Shown: positions 25,088-32,704 of the stretch, piece by piece
Layout: each line of letters begins with the position of its first letter
Numbering within the stretch: the stretch's first letter is position 1
NCBI GenBank assembly: GCA_965372715.1
Contig: CBDVDH010000045.1
Location: 1 to 32,704, forward strand
Reading direction: 5' to 3'
Length of the DNA: 32,704 bases
From: an uncultured bacterium
Lineage (GTDB): Bacteria; B130-G9
Notes under the pieces: generated by a model
Told to the model about the DNA's origin: nothing
The model's database searches: none
The model's input: the letters and a program-made list of their open reading frames with translations, nothing else
Program-made: the position numbers and the translations under genes

Positions 25088-26869
25088 ATGGGTTTTATAA
25101 TCGGAATCGATCTCGGAACGACCAATTCGGCGGTAGCCATAATCGACGACGGGTCCCCACGGATAATACCAAATAGGAATGGGGCGCCGGTTACTCCCTC
25201 GGTAGTTGGGATAGTGGAAGAAGATGGGAAAACGAGGCTTCTCGTGGGCGAGGAGGCCAAGAGGCAGCTTTTGCTTCATCCTGAACAGACGGTCGCTGAG
25301 ATTAAGCGTTCGATGGGGACGGACTATCGTGCGTCGCTGCTTGGTCGGGAATACACAGCTCAAGAGATTTCGGCCGTTATTCTGAAGAATCTCAAGCAAG
25401 AGGTCGAGCTGTTCTTAGATGAGCCCGTGACGGATGCTGTGATCACCGTGCCGGCGTATTTCCAGGACGTTCAGCGGCAGGCGACCAAGGATGCTGGCGA
25501 GATTGCGGGGCTGAACGTTCGGCGGATAATCAACGAGCCGACAGCAGCGGCGCTGGCTTATGACGTGGATAGGCGGTCCGATCAGGTGCTTTTGGTCTAT
25601 GATCTCGGCGGCGGGACATTTGACGTGTCGATAATCGAGGTTAATCCCGGGATAATGGAGGTTATCGCCACGACGGGGGACTCTCATCTCGGCGGCACCG
25701 ACTTCGACAGGCGCATTATGGATTGGGTGCTTGAATGGTTCGAGGGCGAATACGGGATCGATCTGCGAAAGGACCCCGTGGCAATGCAGCAGCTGAAACA
25801 GGCTTCCGAGGAGGCCAAGATTGAGCTCTCCTCAAGTCACAAGGCGGTCATCGAGGTTCCGGCGATTGCGAGCAAGGACTCAAAGGTAATAAACATCTCC
25901 AAGGAGATAACCCGGTCGACGTTGGAGGGCCTGATCAAGGACCTTCTCGCGCGAACAATGGACTTCACCAATCAGGCTCTTGAGGATGCCGAACTCACAC
26001 CTCAGGAGATAAGTCAGATTCTTCTGGTAGGCGGCTCAACCAAGATACCGCTGGTTAGGAGTATGGTCAAGAACCGCATGAAACAAGAACCTTGCACGGA
26101 CATCAATCCGGATGAATGTGTCGCCCTCGGGGCCGCGGTTCAAGCGGGGCTCATCACGGGCCAGGTCAAGGAACTTGTGCTTTCCGACATCCTGTCGCAT
26201 TCGCTAGGAACCGAAACGATTGGGGACACATTCGACGTTCTCATCTCCCGTCACTCGTTCATCCCCACCAGCGTAAGCCAGGATTACACCACGGTCGTGG
26301 AGAACCAGCCGAGGGTTCGCATAAACGTCCTGGAGGGTGAGAGCAAATCCGCCTCAGAAAACGTCAGGTTGGGTACATTCATACTTGACGAAATCCCTCC
26401 CGGGCCACCAGGCTCGCAGACAATCCGTGTCAAGTTTGACATCGACAACGATGGGATTCTGACCGTAACCGCGACGGACCTGGAGACAGGCAAGGCCAAT
26501 CAGATCGTTATTGAGGCCTCAAAGACCAGGCTTTCGGACGAGGAGATTGTTCGAGCCAGGGACAACCTGGAGGAGCTTACCGAGGCGTCAGGCGGGCCTA
26601 GTGCGGGTTTGCCAGATACCTACCGCGAAGCCATGGCGCTCATTACCCGCGCCGAGGGCATGGAGTTCAGGGTCACCGACATGGAGGTCAAGAGGCTCAG
26701 GGAGCTCATACACGAGCTTGAGATGGCAATCAGCCTCAACGATATGGACACGGTGCTTGAAAAGAGCGACGAGCTCTCGGAGCTGCTGTTCGACCTTGAG
26801 GACGCTTACGGTCATTTGAATGACGAGATGGAGGAGGAGAGCTCTAGCGAGGACGAACAGGCCGATTGA
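25088..26869 (+). CDS. Hsp70 family chaperone (DnaK paralogue)
   Basis: GIDLGTTNS, AVITVPAYF, RQATKDAGEIAGL..RIINEPTAAALAY, YDLGGGTFDVS, HLGGTDFD, LVGGSTKIP, NPDECVALGAA. The linker and substrate-binding domain diverge from housekeeping DnaK. Confidence 0.95.
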   Translation: MGFIIGIDLGTTNSAVAIIDDGSPRIIPNRNGAPVTPSVVGIVEEDGKTRLLVGEEAKRQLLLHPEQTVAEIKRSMGTDYRASLLGREYTAQEISAVILKNLKQEVELFLDEPVTDAVITVPAYFQDVQRQATKDAGEIAGLNVRRIINEPTAAALAYDVDRRSDQVLLVYDLGGGTFDVSIIEVNPGIMEVIATTGDSHLGGTDFDRRIMDWVLEWFEGEYGIDLRKDPVAMQQLKQASEEAKIELSSSHKAVIEVPAIASKDSKVINISKEITRSTLEGLIKDLLARTMDFTNQALEDAELTPQEISQILLVGGSTKIPLVRSMVKNRMKQEPCTDINPDECVALGAAVQAGLITGQVKELVLSDILSHSLGTETIGDTFDVLISRHSFIPTSVSQDYTTVVENQPRVRINVLEGESKSASENVRLGTFILDEIPPGPPGSQTIRVKFDIDNDGILTVTATDLETGKANQIVIEASKTRLSDEEIVRARDNLEELTEASGGPSAGLPDTYREAMALITRAEGMEFRVTDMEVKRLRELIHELEMAISLNDMDTVLEKSDELSELLFDLEDAYGHLNDEMEEESSSEDEQAD

Positions 26870-26937
26870 GATGAGGGACCCCCGGGCGACAAATTGCGAG
26901 ACGCCGCCGCTGCTATCGTATCTTGTAGAGCACGTTG

Positions 26938-27501
26938 ATGCTTTGCCCTAACTGCCGAAATGAACTGGATGGAGAGCCCCGAGTCTGCCCACATTGCGGG
27001 ACAGACCTCAGGATCGCCAAGGAACTGCTGAATGGCTATGCTGACCAGCTCGCGAAGGGCATTGACGCACTTCAACGTGGCGACCTGGCTTCTGCCGCAA
27101 CCAGTCTTCGAGATGCGATCAAGCTGGTGGCTGGCTTCCCTGAGGCCCACTTCTTCTATGGGATCGCACTTGGATTGAGCGGCCGTTTTGACGAGGCGAT
27201 GGAGGAGCTCAAGAGGGTGCCTAAAGACCATAAGCTCGGCCGCGAAGCACAACGCGTCATCGCGGTGATGACGAGTCTGATCAAGCTTCATTCGGAGCTT
27301 GGCCTGCCAGATGAGATGGACGAGAAGAGAGCGGCCAAGGGCCTTGAGGAACTGAAGAGCAGCTTAGGGACGCTCTCTCATCTTGAAGAAGAACTGGCGC
27401 TCAAGATGCTGTCATCGCAGGATTCTCGTCTCGCGCATTTTTCTTCTGTCGCGGACAGATTAGCTAGTTTCAGGATGGACGGCGCCTCGAACGATGACTG
27501 A
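26938..27501 (+). CDS. Zinc-ribbon + TPR protein
   Basis: CPNC-x9-CPHCG followed by TPR-like helices (GIDALQRGDLASAATSLRDAIKLVAGFPEAHFFYGIALGLSGRFDEA). Start is ATG 26938 or TTG 26935. Confidence 0.78.
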   Translation: MLCPNCRNELDGEPRVCPHCGTDLRIAKELLNGYADQLAKGIDALQRGDLASAATSLRDAIKLVAGFPEAHFFYGIALGLSGRFDEAMEELKRVPKDHKLGREAQRVIAVMTSLIKLHSELGLPDEMDEKRAAKGLEELKSSLGTLSHLEEELALKMLSSQDSRLAHFSSVADRLASFRMDGASNDD

Positions 27502-28756
27502 CGGTCCGACAAAGAAAGCATCGACCAGTAACGAGGGCATCGACCTCCTTACAAGAGCCTTTGACTCGTTCAGCGACGCCTCAGATTCCATGAAGCGAGC
27601 GTACGAGTCGCTCCAGCGGCAGGTCAAGGAGCTGAACCTTGAGCTGAAGCTCAAAAACGCTCAGCTCGAGGAGAACCTCAATGAACTAGAATCGGTGAAG
27701 AACTACCTTAACAACGTCCTTCAAAGCATCCAAAACGGTGTTGTCTCTGTCGATCTTGAGGGAAGGATAACCACGTTCAACAAGGCGGCATCCGAGATCG
27801 TGGACCTGTCCCCAGCCCAGGCCCTGGGGCTTCAGTATTGGCAGCTCTTCGGGCCCGATTTTGACCTGGAGGACTCGGACGGCAAGCTCCACGAGGTCAA
27901 GATCAAGTCCGGGACCGAGCGCGCGCTTTCCTTCAATACTTCACCGATGACTGAGCTCGATGGCAAGACGGTCGGCCACGTTATCTCTTTCTCGGACTTC
28001 ACGCGCCTCAAGGAGCTCGAAAGCCAGCTTCGCAAGCACGCGCGACTCGCCGCCATGGGCGAAATGGCCGCGAATCTGGCGCACGAGATACGCAATCCGC
28101 TCGGCAGTATAAAGCTCTTTGCCTCAATCCTGGAGCGCAGCCTTGCGAACGACAAGGACAGCGAGCTTCTGGCCACACACATCATGGAGACCGTTGATGC
28201 TCTCGACGCTTCCATCACTAACATGCTTATCTACGCTCGTTCGCCCGAGGCCGATTTCACAAGGGTGCCGATCGACCCGGTTCTGGAGGAGGCGATCGAA
28301 TCCGCCACCTATGCAATCAACCAGAGCAGTGTCGAGGTCAGCACTGATTTCTTGGCCGGGGATATCGAGATTTCGGGAGATCGGAGGTTCCTGAAGCAGG
28401 CCTTTTCAAATATCATACTCAACGGTGCGCAAGCCATGTCGGAGGAGGGCGGACGCCTGACCATCTCGACGCACGTAGCCGGTCCGAGCCGATTCTCAGA
28501 GTATGGGCGGACGATAGTCTCGTCGAAGGAGCCTTGCGACCAGTATCTTGCGGTTGTCATTGCGGACAGCGGCAAGGGACTGACGGAAGATGAGATTCTT
28601 AGGATATTTGAGCCCTTCTTCAGCACGAAAACCATGGGCACGGGCCTCGGACTCTCCATCGTCAAACGTGTGGTGCAGAGACATGATGGCTGTCTTTTTG
28701 TGAGGGAGCCGGCCGAAGGAGGGCTCGAGTTCACAATCGCGCTGCCGCTTTCTTGA
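27494..28756 (+). CDS. Cytoplasmic PAS histidine kinase, FleS/FlrB-like
   Basis: N-terminal coiled coil (AFDSFSDASDSMKRAYESLQRQVKEL), PAS (GVVSVDLEGRITTFNKAA), H-box LAHEIRNPL, N-box NIILNGAQAM, DSGKG, FEPFFSTK, GTGLGL. No transmembrane helix. Confidence 0.9.
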   Translation: MTDGPTKKASTSNEGIDLLTRAFDSFSDASDSMKRAYESLQRQVKELNLELKLKNAQLEENLNELESVKNYLNNVLQSIQNGVVSVDLEGRITTFNKAASEIVDLSPAQALGLQYWQLFGPDFDLEDSDGKLHEVKIKSGTERALSFNTSPMTELDGKTVGHVISFSDFTRLKELESQLRKHARLAAMGEMAANLAHEIRNPLGSIKLFASILERSLANDKDSELLATHIMETVDALDASITNMLIYARSPEADFTRVPIDPVLEEAIESATYAINQSSVEVSTDFLAGDIEISGDRRFLKQAFSNIILNGAQAMSEEGGRLTISTHVAGPSRFSEYGRTIVSSKEPCDQYLAVVIADSGKGLTEDEILRIFEPFFSTKTMGTGLGLSIVKRVVQRHDGCLFVREPAEGGLEFTIALPLS

Positions 28757-28781
28757 AATATACCCTTTCAATACAATTGCT

Positions 28782-30197
28782 ATGCCGCCCAAAATCCTGA
28801 TCGCCGACGACGAGCCACAGATGAGAAACGCGCTTCGCGTCGCTCTGAAGAAATCAGGATACGACACGACCCTCGTGTCCGACGGCAAAAGGGCGCTCGA
28901 AGAGGCTCAAAAGCAAAACTACGGCATGATCATTACCGACATGAAGATGCCTGGCCTCAGTGGGCTTGAGCTGCTTGAGCGCGTCCGCAAGGATAACCTC
29001 GCACCGAACGTCGTCCTGATCACGGCCTACGGCACGATCGATGCGGCGGTGGCGGCCATGAAGATGGGCGCTCTGGATTTCTTGAGAAAGCCGTTCGCTA
29101 TGGAGGACCTGGAAGCGGTGCTTTCGAGAGCATTTGGGGAACCTTTCTCCGACGGGACTCCAGAGACGCACCAGGTCTTCGCGTCGCGGCGGCAGGAGGT
29201 GCGTGAGATCGTAACCAGTAGTCCTGCCCTAAAAGAGATACTCTACCTCGCCAAGCGAGTGGCCCTGAGCGAGCTGACCGTGCTTATCACCGGCGAGTCA
29301 GGTACAGGAAAGGAGCTCGTCGCGAGGCTGGTCCATCAAGAAAGTCGCAGGGCCAAGAATCCCTTTGTCGCTGTCAACTGCGCCGCGGTCCCGGACAACT
29401 TGCTCGAAAGCGAGCTCTTTGGCTACGAGAAGGGCGCATTCACTGGCGCCAACAATTCCAGACAGGGTAAGTTCGAGCTGGCCTCGGGTGGCACGCTTCT
29501 ACTGGACGAGATAGGCGAGATGCCAACTGCTCTCCAGGCCAAACTGCTGAGGGTGCTCCAAGAGCGCGAGGTCGATCGAGTTGGTGGGCGCTTCCCAATT
29601 CCTATCGACACAAGGGTCATAGTAACGACCAACTGCAATCTGGCCCAGAGGGTCAAGGAGGGTACGTTCCGGGAGGACCTTTACTACCGGATAAACGTCG
29701 TGCCGCTGGATTTGCTGCCGCTGCGGGACCGAAAAGAAGATATAATCACGCTGGCCAGTTACTTCTGCCAGAAGCACTCTCAAGAAATTGGCAAGCCGAC
29801 TAAATACCTCTCTGAGGAGGCTGCCTCCTTCGTTCTCGACTACGATTGGCCCGGCAACGTTCGGGAGCTGGAAAACGCCATCCAACGCGGCGTTGCCCTC
29901 TCCATGGGCGGCCGCATTGAGATTTACGACCTCATCTGGGACGACAGGAGGAAGCGAATGCCGGCTTCAGACGTTGCCGACGGGCTGGAACCATTGGTCA
30001 AGGACACAGTCCAGGTTGAGGTGGGCGCCTCGGTGGCCGAGATGGAGCGGAAGCTGATATTCGCCACACTCAAGAAAACCGATAACAACAGGACGAAGGC
30101 TGCGGAACTGCTGGGGATAACGGTTCGGACCCTTCGCAACAAGCTGCACCTTTATCGGGCCGAAGACGCCGCAAAGGACGACAAAGTTGAGCCGTAA
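28782..30197 (+). CDS. Sigma54-dependent response regulator (NtrC family, FleR/FlrC-like)
   Basis: REC (ILIADDE, ITDMKMP), AAA+ GESGTGKE, ESELFGYEKGAFTGA, LLDEIGE, WPGNVRELEN, Fis-type HTH NRTKAAELLGITVRTLRNKL. Confidence 0.93.
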   Translation: MPPKILIADDEPQMRNALRVALKKSGYDTTLVSDGKRALEEAQKQNYGMIITDMKMPGLSGLELLERVRKDNLAPNVVLITAYGTIDAAVAAMKMGALDFLRKPFAMEDLEAVLSRAFGEPFSDGTPETHQVFASRRQEVREIVTSSPALKEILYLAKRVALSELTVLITGESGTGKELVARLVHQESRRAKNPFVAVNCAAVPDNLLESELFGYEKGAFTGANNSRQGKFELASGGTLLLDEIGEMPTALQAKLLRVLQEREVDRVGGRFPIPIDTRVIVTTNCNLAQRVKEGTFREDLYYRINVVPLDLLPLRDRKEDIITLASYFCQKHSQEIGKPTKYLSEEAASFVLDYDWPGNVRELENAIQRGVALSMGGRIEIYDLIWDDRRKRMPASDVADGLEPLVKDTVQVEVGASVAEMERKLIFATLKKTDNNRTKAAELLGITVRTLRNKLHLYRAEDAAKDDKVEP

Positions 30198-32136
30198 GAA
30201 GTCGAAGCAGAAATCGGGGCCGACCCGGCGGGCAGAATCGCCCCAGGAAAAAGCAAAGAGAATCATCGGCTCGCAATCTCAGCCCCGCAAATCCCCACCA
30301 AAGACTGTGCCCGAAGCCGTCGAGCAGACACCTAGTTCAACCTACGCGAAGAATATGGAGCGCATCAAGCGCAGCCGCAAATGGCTGTTCGACCGGCTCT
30401 CAGAAACGCCCCAGACCCTGGAGCTCAACATTCGTCAGGCGGAGAGCGGACACCCGACGCTCGCGGTCAAGACGCAGGACGGCAAATCCCTATTGATGCA
30501 CTCCGACAAGGACCCGCTTGCCGAGGCGATCAAGCACGTCGAGACGGTCAAGCTCGACGAGGCGGAGTATCTGATTATCGTCGGCTTTGGGCTGGGCTAT
30601 CACGTCCTTGAAGCGATGAGGCGCGTCCCACCGAGCTGCAAGGTCTTCATCATCGAGCAGAGCGCTGACATCTTCCGGGCCGCCATGCACGTCTTCGATC
30701 TTAGCCCGGTCATCTTGCGTCCGGACATCAAGGTATTCGTCGGCACGGACCTCCACGAGATCATGCCCGCCCTTCAGGACGATTTCAAAACGTTCAAATA
30801 TCACAACATAAAGGTCGTGATACATCCTCCGTCCGCCTCGCTGTTCCCGAGCTATAAGGAGGTATTGGACAATCTTCATAAGGTTCTCAAGATCGTCCAG
30901 ATCAACGTCAACACGGTCCGCTTCTTCTCCAGGCTGTGGCTCAAGCACAACCTTCTCAATATGCCCAAGATAGTCCAGAGCCCCGGCGTCAGAAGCCTCT
31001 TCAATCAGTTCGCCGGAAAACCGGCGATTCTCGTCTCAGCTGGCCCATCACTCGACAAGAACATCGACCTTCTGCGAAGAGCCGTGGGCAAGGCCGTCAT
31101 CCTGTCCGCCGACACGTGCCTGCGACCGCTGCTCGCCCGCGGTATAAAGCCAGACTTCGTCCAGGCGATTGACGCTCAGCCGATCACGTATCGCCATTTC
31201 TCAGGACTCGACCTCTCTGACGTGTGCCTCGTCGGAGTTACGCGACTGCCTCCCGAGGTGATGGCCCTCTTCTCCGGCCGCGTTTTCCTGGGCAATGACA
31301 TGAACAATAGATTGTGGAAGCCGATCGAGCCTTATTTCGAGCGCCTCGGCACGATGGGCTCAGGCTCAACCGTTGCGGTCTTGGGCTTCGATCTCGCCAG
31401 GGAAATGGGTTGCGACCCAATCATCTTTGTCGGCCAGGACTTCTCCTACGCTTATGGCCGCGCATACGCTGAGGGCACGATGATCTCGAACGACATGCTC
31501 TCGCACCTTTCGACCTACGCGACGATGGACACGCTGACCGACGCCAAAAAGGCCAGCGAATTGATGATTAGAACGAGCGACCTCGCCGGCAAGACGCCGC
31601 TTCTGGACATGCACGGACGGCCAACAGAGATGTCCGACGGGATGCAGGGCTGGCTGACCTGGTTCACGCTCGAGATCAAGCGCACGAAGGCCAAGTGCAT
31701 CAACGCCTCCGAGGCGGGCATTCTCACCGACGGCGTCGAGGTCATGCCGCTGGACGAGGCGATAATGAGGCACTGCACCGAGCCTTTTCATGTCGAGAAG
31801 CTCGTTGGCGCGAAGATCGGCAAGCAGACCAAGCAAGACCTGAAGACCGCGGCAGGCAAGCTCGCCTCGATCAGGCATGAGCTCGAAAAGGTGCTCACTC
31901 AGACAGAATCGATCGCCTCGAACGGCGCCGCCAAAGAGGATATGAAATGGCTGCAAAACAAGCGTGCAGAAGGCCAAATCTGCGAGACAATAGGCCCCCT
32001 CATCGATTGGTTCAAGCTGCGCAATCGGGACGAGGCGGGCGATGATAAGCTCAAGCTTGAGGCCCAAGCGACGGCCTTCGCCTGCCAATTCGCCATCGAG
32101 CACCTGGAGCAGTCCGAGGCCCTGCTCAAGGGCTGA
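30187..32136 (+). CDS. Motility-associated factor (Maf/DUF115) family protein, putative flagellin glycosyltransferase
   Basis: LMHSDKDP..EA, GFGLGYH, PAILVSAGPSLDKNI, GIKPDFV, GSTVA...AREMGCDPIIFVGQDFSY, INASEAG. Overlaps the regulator stop by 11 nt. Confidence 0.85.
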   Translation: MSRKKSKQKSGPTRRAESPQEKAKRIIGSQSQPRKSPPKTVPEAVEQTPSSTYAKNMERIKRSRKWLFDRLSETPQTLELNIRQAESGHPTLAVKTQDGKSLLMHSDKDPLAEAIKHVETVKLDEAEYLIIVGFGLGYHVLEAMRRVPPSCKVFIIEQSADIFRAAMHVFDLSPVILRPDIKVFVGTDLHEIMPALQDDFKTFKYHNIKVVIHPPSASLFPSYKEVLDNLHKVLKIVQINVNTVRFFSRLWLKHNLLNMPKIVQSPGVRSLFNQFAGKPAILVSAGPSLDKNIDLLRRAVGKAVILSADTCLRPLLARGIKPDFVQAIDAQPITYRHFSGLDLSDVCLVGVTRLPPEVMALFSGRVFLGNDMNNRLWKPIEPYFERLGTMGSGSTVAVLGFDLAREMGCDPIIFVGQDFSYAYGRAYAEGTMISNDMLSHLSTYATMDTLTDAKKASELMIRTSDLAGKTPLLDMHGRPTEMSDGMQGWLTWFTLEIKRTKAKCINASEAGILTDGVEVMPLDEAIMRHCTEPFHVEKLVGAKIGKQTKQDLKTAAGKLASIRHELEKVLTQTESIASNGAAKEDMKWLQNKRAEGQICETIGPLIDWFKLRNRDEAGDDKLKLEAQATAFACQFAIEHLEQSEALLKG

Positions 32137-32144
32137 GATCGTCT

Positions 32145-32364
32145 TTTTGTCCGCAGATTACGCAGATTACGCAGATTGAGAAGGGCTGAAAAGAGCCTAA
32201 GTCAGTCCTTATGCTTGAGCCGCCGGCCGTTGGCCATCGAAGACAGGCCAGAAGAAATACACTCCTACATCAACCCGGGTAATCTGTGTAATCTGCGGAT
32301 GACCTCTCCTCATTCCACCGTTCATGCTCTGGCTCGGAGTTTTGTCCACAGATTACGCAGATTA
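32145..32364. repeat. Three arms of 9-mer (CRCAGATTA)n repeats in alternating orientation
   Basis: TTTTGTC-CGCAGATTA-CGCAGATTA-CGCAGATT (32145-32177), inverted TAATCTGTG-TAATCTGCG-GA (32280-32299), and TTTTGTC-CACAGATTA-CGCAGATTA (32340-32364). Confidence 0.85.
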
Positions 32365-32515
32365 TAGTGGACGGATGGTCGCTGGATCAAGTCATCGATG
32401 GACATAGACTCGGCTGGGTATCTGCGGGAGACGAGGCGAGAGAGAGAGATGACCGGAGGCTTATCTCTCCAGATCGCCATGTTGTGACATACTGCTTTAG
32501 ATAGCTCTCATTATA

Positions 32516-32635
32516 TTAACACCCGACTTCAGTCGGGTGGTCTGAGGACGCCGAGGCGCCCCCCTCCTCCTCTCCGGAAGCCTCATCTGAGGAGGAGGGA
32601 GGGGAGATGTGTCGCCCCTCAATCCCCCGAATGAA
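32516..32635. repeat. Palindromic REP-like composite
   Basis: TTAA-CACCCGACT-TC-AGTCGGGTG (32516-32539), inner stem CCCTCCTCCTC/GAGGAGGAGGG (32562-32599), then a half-hairpin AATCCCCCGAATGAA (32621-32635). Confidence 0.6.
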
Positions 32636-32690
32636 GAGGCTGTCCAATAAGTCAGCGTCGCGCGTTGTAGGGGCGGCTCACGAGCCGCCC
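32636..32690 (+). repeat. IS-terminus-like motif (copy 3) followed by a GTAG-type REP hairpin
   Basis: GAGGCTGTCCAATAAGTC (32636-32653), then GTAG-GGGCGGCTC-AC-GAGCCGCCC (32667-32690). Confidence 0.65.
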
Positions 32691-32704
32691 TTCTCCAATG
32701 TCTG

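Noticed and set aside
25088-26869. Calling this gene the housekeeping dnaK
   Set aside because: The diverged linker and substrate-binding domain and atypical co-chaperones point to a paralogue, so the symbol is withheld.
31366-32103. 245-aa minus-strand ORF (also 24389..25000 minus)
   Set aside because: Antisense shadows of motif-supported genes, expected in GC-rich coding DNA.
32145-32364. Possible CRISPR array
   Set aside because: Repeats alternate in orientation, are internally periodic and unevenly spaced, and there are no cas genes.

Overview
GC-rich bacterial chromosomal window, probably from a diderm organism (it encodes a large AsmA-type protein). Left to right it holds: a 5'-truncated Asp-box beta-propeller gene, a 1,500-aa AsmA-like gene, a RelE/ParE-type toxin-antitoxin pair, and a housekeeping run (clpX, yicC-like, yhaM-like, asnS, a catalytically degenerate FtsE-like ATPase, a small hypothetical). 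These are followed by a well-formed dif-like XerC/XerD site at 12693-12720, a tandem GT4 glycosyltransferase, a membrane ORFan bracketed by GTAG-type REP hairpins, rimO, a PseG-like gene and a secreted FG-GAP-repeat protein. The right third is one tightly packed 8-gene unit: TPR protein, J-domain protein without HPD, GrpE with a ~400-aa N-terminal extension, non-canonical Hsp70, Zn-ribbon/TPR protein, FleS-like kinase, FleR-like sigma54 activator and Maf-type protein. Best candidates for undescribed biology: (1) this specialised Hsp70 module; (2) a ~115-aa C-terminal domain shared by two otherwise unrelated propeller proteins, possibly a lineage-specific sorting or anchoring domain; (3) several families of miniature palindromic repeats, three of which supply gene stop codons. 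No tRNA, rRNA, CRISPR array or transposase gene was seen. All family calls come from motif recognition by eye, not from database searches.
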